Positions 49,315-62,181 of a stretch of 64,000 bases of DNA are shown here, piece after piece; the stretch's first letter is position 1, and every line of letters starts with the position of its first letter. This stretch comes from Puccinia triticina (taxonomy: Eukaryota). Under the pieces are notes generated by a model that did no database searches, was not told the DNA's origin, and saw nothing but the letters and a program-made list of their open reading frames with translations. The stretch is taken from the NCBI GenBank assembly GCA_026914245.1, contig CP110439.1, positions 8,742,001 to 8,806,000 of the forward strand, written 5' to 3'. A program made the translations under genes and the position numbers.

Positions 49315-51087
49315 CTACTTCTTTTGAGGTTCAGCTGAACCAGTGGTGGGCAATCCAAATGCAACCTTGACATAGTCGTAGATGAGCCTAAATGACGAAT
49401 GCCATGAGTGAGTGTCTTGGTCATGGGGGATCGATGAAAGGAATACATACCATTGGAGCGCGGTCAAAGTACCGATCATCACGATACGGGTTCCGAGACC
49501 AGCCCAGAGACCTCCGAATCCGATTTCCTTGTAGATCGAGCCAACAGTGGGTTTGGCAGAGCCCTCCTTACCAACAGCGTTCAACTTGGAAACCATGGTA
49601 TCAGCGGGGCTGGTGACATGGAAGAACGTCAGCAGTCATGATAAATGATATGGCTGGGAGGGAGGTAGATGAAATAGTCGAACTCACTGAGATACAACAG
49701 CACAGAAAACACCAGCGATGTAGCCACCAACGAAAGAGACACCCAATTGTTGAAGCTGTGACCAAGGCAATGAATAATCAGGGAATGTTACTGATGGTCA
49801 GACGCACGAAAGAACACAAGTTCGGCTGCTCACCTTGTTGTAAGAGTCTTTAGGTTTACCGAGCGAAGCGTAGATCTTGGTGACAGTAGCTTCGAACGAC
49901 CAGAACTTCATCATAGTGTACGGAATTTGACGAGACCAGAGCGATCCAAGGGACTTGTAGAGGCCGCCGGTACCTTCAACAGCGACAAACTTCTTGAATC
50001 CATCGACCATTCCAGTGGCAAAAGGCGGGATCGTGGTCTGCATTCGGACCTTGACGGCTTCGAGTGGGACATAGGCGGCATCAGCAATCAGCTCGGCGGA
50101 GGCAGAGCCGGCCAAGTAGATCGCGTCTTTGTATTTGACAGCATTGACAGGTCCGACGGCATCGGCGTATCTTCAGACAGGGAGAGACCGTTAGTCCGTC
50201 GGATTGACTAGCGCATTGCCAGGGGTAAGACGAGGAAGCACAGGGGTGTCCAGAAGACTTACTTTTTCTTGAAATACTCGTAGAAACCATATTTACAGGC
50301 ACCTTGGACCGAGTAACCAACCCAGGTGGGACCAATACCGGTACTAGAGGAAGGAATAATCAAATTAGCTGTCCGGGTCTCTGGGTGAAGGTGGCAAGAG
50401 GCAGTGGCTTACTAGAGTGCGCTGAGTCCACCCGACTTGTAAATCTTGCTCCATCCGTCCATGTTACCTTTGTAAAGGGTCTTGTCCACCTGAATGATCG
50501 AGTGGGGAAGATCGGAGAGGATTCAGTGGGTTGGTTCCGATCATGCGCGATATCCAGTTGATGACAATACTGGACAAGTTGCATACCTGTCTTCGGCATT
50601 TGACCAAATCAAGTGGAGTGACGAGAGCGTGGGTGAGACCACAAGCGAGTACACCACCACCGGCACAAGCAGTGTAGTACTTGGTCGAGTAGAGTTCGAT
50701 GCTGGCTTTCGAAGCGGCACCGACACCGGTGGCGGAAGCCACCTTGGATCTCAATGCATCGGCCTCGGAGCTGATTTTGTCCTTGGCACCTTCGATACCT
50801 TCTTTGGATTTGCTTTCGAGTTGCTTTGCCTTCGACTTGGCATCATCGACAATGCCTGGAGTGGTGACAAGCCCAAACAAATCAAAATGGTCAGAACACA
50901 TATATACTTGACTACAGGAATATACTGCTCGAAACCACGCTAGCAAAGAGATCGGAATGGATAAGAGAGACAGAGAGGAAATTGGCTTACTTGCAAGCTT
51001 CAAAGAGGGGAAAGGCGTGTTGAGACCGCCAATCGAAGGGGTGAGAGAGTTGGCCAGAGAGGTCATGTTGGGGAACAAGAGCGACAT
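49315..51087 (-). CDS. PIC2: Mitochondrial phosphate carrier (SLC25A3 family, PIC2-like), multi-exon
   Basis: IELYSTKYY..CGLTHALVTPLDLVKCRRQ, GYSVQGACKYGFYEYFK, PLEAVKVRMQT, RQIPYTMMKF and GTLTALQWLIYD. Confidence 0.88.
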
Positions 51088-51398
51088 CCTTGAACCTCAG
51101 GATTGGTAGGACGAAGTGGTTTTCCAGCAGAGAGTCTATGTAGAGTTCTATTGAGTGGTCAGCTCTCGTGGGCCGAGGGGGAATGCACTGTGGTCAACAG
51201 CACGATCGACCGTCGCGAGGACCCCTTCGGAGGGCCGACCCGGCACCCGCCCGCAGCATCCGGGAGCACACGGCAGCGCCTGGCGCAGCACTCTCAAGCC
51301 CCCCAACCCAACCCCTCCGCGCCACACACACAACCCTAACCTCAACAGGACTCCCCCCACATCCATCTGTACTTGAATCACGAAAAGAAGAATCCGAA

Positions 51399-52679
51399 AT
51401 GAGTTCCGAGAAGACGGTGATCAACGGTGTGTCGATCGAGGACGACATGGAGGACGATTTTGACGATCTACTGGACAAATTCAAATCGCCCTCGGAAGCG
51501 AAGCAAGAAGAAGGGTCGCATAAGAAATCGGCGGGGAGCACGAAGCCGGATGACGCAGAAGCGGCTGATTGGCCGGGCCAGGAGATATCCGACGACTTTG
51601 CACGAGATCTTGCCGAGGGAATGGAAGCCTTACTAGCAGGGATGAAGGACGAAGACGGGGGCGAGTTCAAAAAGCATCTCGAAGCGCTTGTCTCTGTCGA
51701 TGGCGGCCTCAATGGAGCTAGCGACTTACTCGAGGTCCTTAACCAGAAAGAATTCAGCTCGAACCAATCATCCTCTTTAAAACCTGCCGAACAACCCGAA
51801 ACTGAGACTAAAAACTTTCAAGAGGCTATTCAGGAAACCATGGAGAAACTCAAGCAATCGCACGATTCTGCTAAGGTATAACTTCGAATACTCATTATTT
51901 ATTCTCATCAGGTTTGATAACTATACGCTGCTATTGCATGTCAAGAACCTTAGTATATGTTTAGAATCCAAGATCAACATATCTATTGCTACACTAGGAA
52001 GTCAGGACTGACTTCACTTCTAGCTGTTTATTATCTTCACACTAGGCAAAAAGTGCTCCTTCCGAAGATGAAAATATCTCAGCTTTATTCGAAAAAATGA
52101 TGTCCGGCGAAAACGGATTACCAGACGAAAACCAACTGCAAACAATACTACAGTCATTCATGGAAGAATTGATGTCGAAGGAAATCATGTACGAGCCCCT
52201 CAAAGACATGAGTCGATTAGTGCGTTCCTGCGTCCCTTCCCCTTAGTCAACGTTACTGGCCTCGTCATCAGCTAATTTCGATCAAACACACCAACATCAG
52301 TTCCCGGATTGGCTGAACGAGAACCGAAGCAAACTGTCTCCCGAAGACTTGAAGAGGTACGAAACTCAATCGAAGATCATCGGACAAGTCATCGAAAAAT
52401 TTGAGGATCCCAGTTGGGATGCAGAAGAAAAAGCTGGAGGAGAAAAATTCATTTCTCGCCAGAAGGAAGTCATCGAGCTCCTGACCAAAATGCAAGATTG
52501 TGGTCCACCCCCAAAAGAAATCTTAGGCGATATGCCTGCTGGTACGCCTGCCCCGTCCGTCTTATGACATAGTGGTCCTTGGAGCTGATCAATAAATACT
52601 TTTTTTTGCTACTTGTCCGACAAGAGGTGTGTTTGGCGAGGACGGTATGCCAAATCCTGAACAATGCTTGATTTTTTGA
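51399..52679 (+). CDS. PEX19: Peroxin 19 (PMP chaperone/import receptor), multi-exon
   Basis: DDFDDLLDKF, FQEAIQETMEKL, LMSKEIMYEPLK|FPDWL, MQDCGPPPKEI and a C-terminal CaaX (CLIF*). Confidence 0.93.
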
Positions 52680-53008
52680 TAATCTTCCTCTCATACCGCC
52701 ATGTATAGTTTCTTTCCTTTCCTTTCCTTAATCCCTTTGACACACATGTATGTATACATCAAGTTTGCTTCTTTGAGTCAACCACATCATCTATTCCCAA
52801 GCGAAAGCCATGACTCCACTTGCAAGGCTTTTCGTCCAGGATGCCCTTGCGCGAAAGCGGTGTCTTTGGAAATTTTTGAGAGACTAGCAAAATCAAAGAG
52901 CTGGATATACATTTCTCTGAACTACCACTGACTAAGTATTTACAACAGTTTGAGATAACAGGATGAGCAAAGGTTGTTGGATCTACCAGCCCACGGACAG
53001 AGAAGGGT

Positions 53009-53543
53009 GATGGATGATTTTGCGCATATCCAACCAATCTGTTCGAGAAGGGCGTTGAGATGGTCCGGGATGACGAGCCGACGGAAGCCAGCTGAAGCCA
53101 AGTCGCTTTCCGCAATGCTTTGGCGCCCTCCAGAGCTAATGACGAGTTGAAGTGAGACTTCCAAACAAGGAGCAAAGCACACTCCGTAATAGGAGTGTGC
53201 CAAAGCACATGATGGATGAGCTTGCGCACATCCAACCGATCTATTTGAGAAGGGCGTTGAGATGGTCCGGGATGACAAGCCAACAGAAGCCAGCTGAAGC
53301 CAAGTCACTCCCGCAATGCTTCCGCGCCCTTCAGAGCTGATGATGAGTTGAAGTGAGACTTCCAAACAAGGAGCAAAGCACATCCGCAATGGGAGTGTGC
53401 CAAAGCACACTCTGTGATAGGAGTGTGCCAAAGCACACTCTGTAACAGGAGTGTGCTTTAGCACACTCTGTAACAGGAGTGTGCCAAAGCACACTCCGTA
53501 ATAGGAGTGTGACAAAGCACACCCCGCAATAGGAGTGTGTGTG
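53009..53543. repeat. About 200-bp tandem duplication followed by six 28-bp hairpin repeats; probable DNA-transposon end
   Basis: 53009-53210 is repeated at 53211-~53410. The unit aaagcacactccgtaataggagtgtgcc repeats from about 53375 to 53542 and ends in gtgtg-TA. Confidence 0.8.
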
Positions 53544-54776
53544 TACTTTGAACTTGGAGGATTGCCAATATGATTACATACATATTCCACTTTTGGCCTG
53601 CCGTATATGTACACATGTATGATGAACTAGGCCCCCCGGCAGGTGACCCTCTGCAAGGCGGAGCTGCATTGCAATTTGAGCTGCAGGATGCAATCCGGCT
53701 GCGGAGAGACAAACATTCAAGCAGGAAAGCACCAACATCAGGATTTTATTTAAATCCACAAAAGGAAATGTTGGAGATTGAAAGGGCATGTTGATGTGCC
53801 ATCTTGTATAATGCGTAGACTACACATCCCTCGTTATGCTGAGATAGGTGCGCAGGGGCAAGTTGGGAAACTACTTCCAGATGCCTTTTTACCTGAGGTT
53901 TGTGCATTTCTGGTCTGCACAGTGATGAGGCTTGCTTTTGCAAAGCTCTCCTTGGAAGCCAATACATCACCCTAAGATGCTGCAGTTCTCAGCTAGCCAG
54001 CAGTGAATTCAACACATAGGTGAGATAGCCGACGCTAGGATTGTGGTTGATTTGGATAACCAAAGAGGTCGATTTATTTTCCCAAGAGAACCTTACCATT
54101 ATGAGGACTCCCCTTTGAAGTTAAATTACAAAGTCTGGTTATTTCCTTGCGCTCATACTTCACACTTCAGCCTTCTAATTTTGATGCAATTAAAGCATCT
54201 GATTGACCTAATGCCATCAGAAGTAACAGGGGGTAGCCATCTTCAAAATTTTCTCCATTCCATAGCATTGGAGGCTGGAGGGTGGCCGCGGTTATTATTC
54301 CATGAACATCACCTCCAGACAAAATTACAACATGAAGTGTGCATTGATGGCCGGCTTGGTTACTGTTTCTCGTATCATCCGCCACGCTCAAACGCTAGAG
54401 GGCAGTCACACTTTCGACGCGATTGAATGACACTCCCGCCAGGCAAAAAACTCAGTGTATTGTTGCAAAAGTCAGCTGTATCAGCAGGTTCATTGCTCAA
54501 CTTCCCAGTCGCAAGTTCCCCAAACAGTGGCTGTAAGCTCACCATTCATGTGGTGATTATCTCATTACTCTTAATTTTCTGCCGCTATGACATTCCCGTT
54601 CTTACAAGTTATACGTCTTTTGAGTTTTAGTTTTTTCCTTCAGCCAGATGATAATCTTGTGAGCGGCAAGGTGTTCAAATGTGATAAATCTCTTGCCCCT
54701 GTAACCCAATATAGCACTTCCCAGCCAAGCATCACATCAGTCACCCCAAAACCATTCTTCCCATCTGTTACATCTG

Positions 54777-55258
54777 CAACACTGGGTCGTTACGCTAACC
54801 ATAGCGGTTAGCGTAGCGTAGCGCAGCGAAAAAGCGCTATTTTTTAGCGTAGCGTTAGCGCAATTGCACGCATATGCGCTAACGCTACGCGCACGCGGTG
54901 CGCAGCTATTTTAGCTGATAGCGTAGCGTTAGCGCAGATGCGCGCAATTGCGCTAACGCTATACATGCAGAGCGCAAAAGAGCGCGCGCTACGCTGCGCT
55001 ACAGCGCCTTCAGCGGGAAAAAAGGGCTTTTTTTCCGCTAAAAGCGCTGTAGCGCAGCGCAGCGTAGCGTAGCGACTGTAGCGGCGCGCTAACGCTAACA
55101 AAGAATTGGTGCGCTGTTAGCGCCGCTGAAAATTAGCGCAGCGTAGCGGCGCTAACAGCGCGCTAACGCTATGCAAAATAGATGGGCGCTTTTTGCCGCT
55201 ACGCTAACGCGTAGCGCTGAAATAGCGTAGCATAGCGTAGCGTAGCAACCCAGTGTTG
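54777..55258. mobile_element. MITE built of TAGCG/CGCTA pentamers
   Basis: TIR caacactgggtcgttacgcta / tagcgtagcaacccagtgttg, with a degenerate flanking repeat acatctg/gcatccg. Confidence 0.8.
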
Positions 55259-57041
55259 GCATCCGGTATGCGACCAAGCACCCTGAATACAACCCTATCG
55301 CCTCCCGTTCCATCCTTCAGTGCAACCGGCCCCCCACCCAGTAAGTCGGTTTCTCCTATTGGCTATCTCTCAAAATAGCAACGGCTAAGACCAGTGACTC
55401 ATGGGTTCCTCACAAACAGCAAAAGAATTGGCTTGCAAATCCAAGGCAGGAGAGAAAACATTCACATTCTGCGTGGCTGACTCATGCAGTGAAACCGCCA
55501 GTGAGGCTCATTTCTTTTAGCTTGAATTTCTCAAAATATTTGGTTGGTTGATAGGATCTAGCTGTATCAATGATAATATTTTTGATCTGCTGCTCTTTTG
55601 ATAGCTTGCAAAGGCTGTAGGTCAGATTTTGGAATGGCAGTAAAAGTCAAGTGCATGTCTTACAACATACAGAACCAACAGAATTGTGAGTTCCTTGACC
55701 TTTTTTTCCTTTTAGATAATCATGTACAACTCCGACAGGATCAGGGTTATAATTTCTTCCAACTTAATTTTCTCTGGACTTCAACAGTCTGTCAAGACAT
55801 CAATGGTATCAAGTTTGTGTGCGCTGGAAGTTGTGTAGCTCGCACCGGTAAGCTAGACGCATTCCTCTTACCTTCATTTCTTCAGTAAGAGAGGTTTTCA
55901 TTTCAATCTGTCCCGGGAGGCAGATCGTACCATGTATCACGGCTGGTTTACCTCCTGGACAGGTACGCTTTGCACAGGCTTGGTTCCCGGATTTAAAACT
56001 AATGTGATCATTATTTTTTATTAAGCATGTTCAATCTGCAAGTATGATAATGTCACCAAAACAAAAGTGTTCCGGCCACCATGGGAGCCAGAGATGCGCA
56101 TCTCTCCATTATTAATCGCTGAATCCAACTCATCGCCAATTTGTCCTTCTTTCTGGATGATCTCCATGGTGGTCTTCGTAAATCTGGTGTGATATTCATA
56201 ATTTTCCGGCGGGCTCCATCAAAATTAAAAAATAGAACGATAAAACTCAACAATCTACATCTATCCCCCAGAGCCAAACAAACCAGTAGAAAGCTGTTCA
56301 GAATCAGGTTGATCCCGGCGGCAAATTGAGCCGTCAAATTGATGCCGGCGCCGAATTCAGGTTTAACAGGGTTTAACCTACTCTGTTAGGTTGGTCGGGC
56401 TGACCCCGGAGGCAACATGAGTTGTTTCTACAGCTAATTAGATGAGAAAAAAAAAGATAATGAACAGGATTGATTGTGAAAATCTGAGTCCTAGCTCACA
56501 TCAAAGCACATCTTGCAGAACTGCAGACTGGCCTATACTATCCAATGCTTAAAAAGGTGTCTTGCACAAGTTTTGTGGGGACCCAAAACCTGTAACAGCG
56601 CTGGCTACATTTCAAGTTGACGTTGGGGGCCATGCTTGAGTTTTACAACCCCACCTACGTTTATCAACCTCCCTTGGGGCTGCCTACAAGTCTTGAGCAG
56701 GTTTTCTGGGGTCCCAAAACCTGCAAAATCAGTTATGCACATGTTCTTTGGGGACCCAAAACCTGAAAAAGCAGTTTTGCACAAGTTTTGTGGAGACCCA
56801 AAAACTGCAGAAGTGATGGCTATATTTCAATGTAGCAGAGATAACATGTTGGAAGGCGTGTATTGCCCCCTGCCTCCGCAAGAACTTCCCAAAACAGGGT
56901 TTTCTCCTGTAAAAAAGGCTGGGTGGCTTGCCCAACCAATCTCAAACACCCCTATCTGCCCCATGCTCCCCTCCCATTTTGCCTGAACCAAGGTGTACCC
57001 ATCAAAAATACCTACATTTGCCATGGGTTCCACCCCTCAAC

Positions 57042-60000
57042 TAGAGATGGCCCCGCCACACCCGGGTACCCGTTTTGGTGCGGGTACCTGCAGCTGTTTT
57101 TAGCCCAAGTAGGACACCCGCACCCGCACCCGCACCCGCGGAGTGGAACAGAGCGGGTATTGGCGGTACCCGCGCGGGTACCTGCAGGTACCCGTTACGC
57201 AAAATGCTCTCAATACTCTCACAAAGACAGATATCGTTCTTATTTCTTCACATAGTCTTGTATACATAGTTATGGTGACAGTGAAGTGGCTAAAAGTCAC
57301 TCCACAGTCACCACATTCACATTGCTGCCGCTACTTTTCTTACCCTTACTCTTAGACTTGTTCTTCTCCTTTGCCATGTAATCGTGGAGGGCCAGAGGCT
57401 TGATCTTGTTGTTCTTCGAATAGAATGACAGGGCCATCCCTCGACTTACTGATTTGGCATTGAGTTTGTGCCTCCTGACAGAGACATAGTCTCGGCCGAA
57501 GCTGAAAGTGCGCTCAACATCAACTGTTGTAGCTATGTATAAAAAAAAAATTAGAATGGATAATCAACTGAAGAGGATAAGAGGGTCTCATCTAATCTTA
57601 CCTGGGCAACTAAGAACGTCGAGAGCCATCTGCGAGAGACCATCATGATTGTTTCCGCCCTGTTTCTGCCCGGCCCACCAATTGAGGGCATTGATCGGCT
57701 CGCCATCCTCCAAAAATAGGCCGCCCAAGAGCCAAATGTCCAATGGATCTGACACAGGTTCAGCTGATCTGGCTAAAGCAGCCGCACCTAGACCAGCAAG
57801 AACACCTGTTTGTACCTAAATAACAAATTTGATCAGCTCATGGTGAGATAGCGATATCGATTGCAGGAGGAAATTTACCTTTGGTGGTCCTTGTCTTGGT
57901 ATTCTAGGGAGTGAAGTTGAATTTTTTGGCTTGTACCATTTGCTATACATATCGCGAGTGAGTCTGATGGCCTTGTCGATCCATTCCCTGGGCCACTTGG
58001 CAAGCTTAAAGTATTTGTCTTTGAAAGACGGGTGGAGAACTGGGAGTTTGGAGGCAGTTTTGCTTAGTCAACCTCAGAAAGCATACGAGATTAGAAGCGG
58101 GAATCCACTCACTCATTGCGATTCTGTATATTGGCAAACAGTCCGTAAGCGAATAGTATTTGTTTGTAATTGCAAGCCCAGCTCGGCAGGCGTTTCGTAA
58201 AGCTGCAGGATAATCACCATCCTTGTTTTCAATCACCGCCGAAAGATTTGCAGTGATTTGATTGATCAAGACGACAACCTCGGCAACCCGAGCCAAGGAG
58301 GATGTTGAGACTTGAAGGGTCATTTCGTAAAAAGGTTTGAGAACCTTCACCAGGTCCGCCGCCAAGTCAAAGTCCTCTTGATTCACATGAATGCCGCAAG
58401 GGGTGCCAAACGTTTTGTCTCGTTGCCACATGATACTACAGAAATGAGGGTCAGCCTTGTTCACAATCTGAATTAATATTAGCAAAGTGGTACTTACATA
58501 GCGTCCTCGCATCAAACGATGCTTGAAAGCTGCAAGTAAGTTGAGTTCCAACGTGTTGGGACGTCTCGCTCGACGTTATGAGGCCTCTTGCAATTCTTTT
58601 CTTGACAAAGCTCTATGAACTTTGCCTTGGAGTTCGGTGACTTGTTGAGTTTGGTTGCAATTCCACAAAACTGGATATGAGAAGATATATTGGGTCAATT
58701 CAAGTGTTTGTTTTACAGACCAGCCAATAAGTAAAAAACTCACCTTTGCAAGTGATTGGCGACAAGTTTCGGAGGTATAACTATCATCCACGCTCTCCTC
58801 TTCAATGTCTTCGAGGTCAGCCAGGGTCAGCTCATCGTCATCGCCAAGTTGTCCATGGGTAATATTGGGAAGATTGTCGCTGTCATCTTCTTCATCGGAG
58901 TCACCGAACTCATTGCTGGGGCTTTGGAAGCTAAAAAGGTAGATAGAGACAGAACGATTGTTCATGATCAGCGACAATTAATAAGCATAGTATGTGGTAA
59001 ACAACGAACGTACCTTTCAATTAAATCATGGGCATCTTCTTCCTCATCGGATTCGTTGATCTCAGTAACTACGGGAGTGTTTGAAGGGGTTTTTTCTTTG
59101 CGTCCAAATCGTCGGAGTATCGCCTGGACTATGAGATTGAGGATGTGTGCGAAGCACCTGATCCAGTGCGGCTCACCTTGGAATTGCTTCCATTTGAGTT
59201 TTGCCAACTCTTCAATCATCACTCCGTTGTTTGCTGCATTATCGGAAACTATCCCACAGATCTAAGGGGAGTCAAAGAGGATCAGAAAGCTGAAAAGGGA
59301 ATAAAACAAAATGAAAAAGAAAGAGTACGTACGCGATTCTCCAATTCAAACTTCTCAACTATGTATTGTACAACGCGAGCCAAGTAGCCACCAGTATGCC
59401 TTTCTTTGAGCTGGACAAAATCCAGAGGCATCACATTTAAAACAACCTTACCGCTTGGATCATCCAATAGTCGGTAGATAACTGCACCGATGATATCGTA
59501 TCCGTTCGGTGTCTGCCAGGCGTCAACACCCAAGTACAGTGCCCCATTGTGGACCTGAGTGCAAGTCGAAGTTAGTTTCTAATCAATCTGGAGAAAAATA
59601 AAAACAAAAGTTTACCTTCAGCTCCTCAAGGAGCTTCTCCTGAACACTCAAATATAGCTTATGAATCGCGATTGATACCGCCTTGCGAGTCGGAAGATTC
59701 TTTAAGATCTTTGGGTGGAGAACCCTCTTGAAGCTGATTTCCTCCAAGGCTGAAAAGGGTTTTGCGCCCTCAGCGCACCATATAGCACATCATTGCAAAA
59801 CCTAGAGCCCAAGAAAGAAGGTATTCAGATGAGATGACCAAATAGAAAGACCTGGAAATAAGTCTCACCTCCCGCGGGTCTATGTCACCCGTGCCGGTTA
59901 CTCCACACGATGCAAGCGACTTGTTACTTGAAGGATTTTGTTGCTTCCTGAGGCATCGACCCGCATGTGTCAGAAGATTGCTGCAGGACAAGTCGTATGT

Positions 60001-60786
60001 CGGGCGATTAATTTTTTTAGAACACCTGGTGAGAATAATATATTCAGGTTAGGATAATATATTCTAGTTGTCTCGAATAAAATAAAATATACACACAATT
60101 TACATTGCCATGCAATCATGCGGCGATTGAACTTATCGAGCTGATCTGATAACTTGGGTGGGTCGTAAGAAGCGTATGCCGAGCTCACTTGATTCTGGGA
60201 AAGTTTGATTGCATTTTCTAAGGGATTCATGCTGGTGAGCTGGCATATCAAAGTATAGATGATAAAGAATAGGAAATGGAGGCTTACCTAGTCGCTGCTC
60301 ATCAGTTGATTCAGGTCCGGAGGGAACGTTTGCGCCAGCCGAGTCAAGATCTTGATCGTGATCTTCTTTGCGATAATCTTCTTTGTTGTTTGATTGGCCG
60401 GTGGGTCTGTCTGTTTCGTCTTCTGACCTTTGTCGGGGTCGCTTGCGCGCTCTGGCCATTGTGTAGGTAGGAGGTTGAGGGCGCCGGGTATGGTTGAGGA
60501 TGGGTGAGGTTGCCGGGTATGGTTGAGGATGGGTGAGGTTGCCGGGTATGGTTGAGGAGGGGGAGGGGAAGCCCGGTCGGAGATCCTGTGGTGCGCAGCT
60601 GCAGCGCACACAAGTACAGCTGTGCGCGGGTGTGGCAAAAAATACCCGGGTACCCTATGGGATATCCCCAGAATATCAGACATCCGCACCCGAACACGCA
60701 CACGCTGGCGGGTACCCGCCGACCTTGGGCCGGTACCCGCCAGCGGATAGCAGGTACCCGCCCGCGGGTTCGTTTGGCCATCTCTA
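57042..60786 (-). mobile_element. hAT DNA transposon (3745 bp)
   Basis: 11-bp TIR tagagatggcc/ggccatctcta, 8-bp TSD CCCTCAAC (57034-57041 and 60787-60794), and ggtacccg subterminal motifs. Confidence 0.95.
57300..60459 (-). pseudogene. hAT transposase, many introns, probably damaged
   Basis: LGVDAWQTPN, SDNAANN, IRCFAHILNL, RDVPTRWNS, and the dimerisation domain WW..LSQMALDVLSCPA|TTVDVERTFS. The exact stop is uncertain. Confidence 0.85.
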
Positions 60787-61194
60787 CCCTCAACAGCCAA
60801 TGGAAGAAGAAGAAGATCCCAGAGACCGATCTGACCGGTCTCAACTGTGTTGATCTAAACACACCTCCTCTGTAACCGTCATGCCAAACATGGTACCAAC
60901 ATCTTCAGACTCTAGAGTATGGGCTACAAATCCAAATTCTCAAAAAAAGCCGCTGGCACCCTCTTCAGAATTGGGAGATTCACCTCCAAAGAACAAAAAG
61001 AAAGGGACCAAGAGGCCTTGTCAAGTTGGATCCTATGTGGCTTTGGGAGGAGGTACCCCTCACAGGAGTGTTTGAGGATGCAGGGACAGTATTGAGATCA
61101 TTAGCCTCCCAAAAAACATAACAATCCTTATGTTTCTACCCCATGCGGCTTATTTTAGTAGTCATATTGCATTATCTGTAAAACAATTACAACT

Positions 61195-61571
61195 CAGGGT
61201 GTAAACGGGTCAGGTTTGGGTTGCAAAACAGCGCCCAAACCCAACCCAAAATTTAGCGCGGGTTGGGTTGGGTCAGGGCAGATTTGAAAATATGCTGCTC
61301 AAACCCGACCTGACCTCATACTATTTTGGGTTGGGTCGACCAACCTACTAGGCGCCAAAAGCCCCCAACTTGACTGTTGGAGGTGTCTTAGTTGGGTTGC
61401 AGGCTGACCCAATTAGAAAATAGGCTGCCCAAACCCAACCCAACAATTTTACAAGTTGGGTTGGGTTGGGTTTGGGTCCTTGTCATTTTCTTTAAGAATG
61501 TGCCCAAACCAAACCCAAAACCCAACGGGTCTTGGGTTGGTTTTGGGTTGGCCCAACCAATTTACACCCTG
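61195..61571. mobile_element. MITE with aacccaaccc/gggttggg subterminal motifs
   Basis: TIR cagggtgtaaa/tttacaccctg. Flanking direct repeat AATTACAACT (10 bp), or ATTACAAC (8 bp) if the ends are taken 1 bp wider. Confidence 0.85.
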
Positions 61572-62181
61572 AATTACAACTGCCTTGGTGAAAATGCATC
61601 TTAATTTTATATTTTTCCCTGCCTTTTGCCATTAATATAACAGGCCAATAAAAAAAGCACAAAAGAACATACTGTAACTATTATGTGTTACACATAACAG
61701 GATGGATAACTTGAATAATCCCATTAGATTACCATTATCCAACCCATCATTGGTTTTGGGTTCACACAAAACCTGCACAAACCTGTTTTTGCACGTTTTG
61801 GGTCCTCACAAAACTTGTGCAGAACTGATTTCATAGGTTTTGGGCCTTGGGTCCTCATGAAACTTGCGCAAAACTGATTTTTGCAGGTTTTGGGTCCCCT
61901 GGAAACTTGCACAAAACTGCTTTTGCAGGTTTTGGTTCCCCACCACAGGTTCACAAGACTGCTTTTTTTTGCAGGTTAAGGGTGCCCAAGAAAGTTGTGC
62001 AGGACTGATAGACAGCCCCAAGGAAGGTTGAGCAAGAATTGTGGGGTTGTAAAACTCAAGCATAGCCCTACTGGTTCGAGCCGAGCAAGCCGACGTCGGT
62101 TCAACCACTGCTGTGTGCCAGCAGACGTCGCGTGGCCCCCGCCGCGTGTCAGCCGAGCGAACTGGCGGCCAACAAACTTAA

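Larger units (their letters stand above)
56560..62066. repeat. Old inverted repeat arms (about 56560-56820 and 61750-62066) with internal ~42-bp units, enclosing later insertions
   Basis: atgcttgagttttacaacccc..ccttggggctg is reverse-complementary to cagccccaagg..ggggttgtaaaactcaagcat. Repeated gcacaagttttgtggggacccaaaacctg units. Confidence 0.65.

Noticed and set aside
53375..53543. CRISPR-like palindromic 28-bp repeats
   Set aside because: The units are directly adjacent with no unique spacers, there are no cas genes, and the context is eukaryotic.
61195..61571. Telomere-like aaccc repeats
   Set aside because: They are not TTAGGG arrays; they occur in both orientations within a TIR/TSD-bounded MITE.
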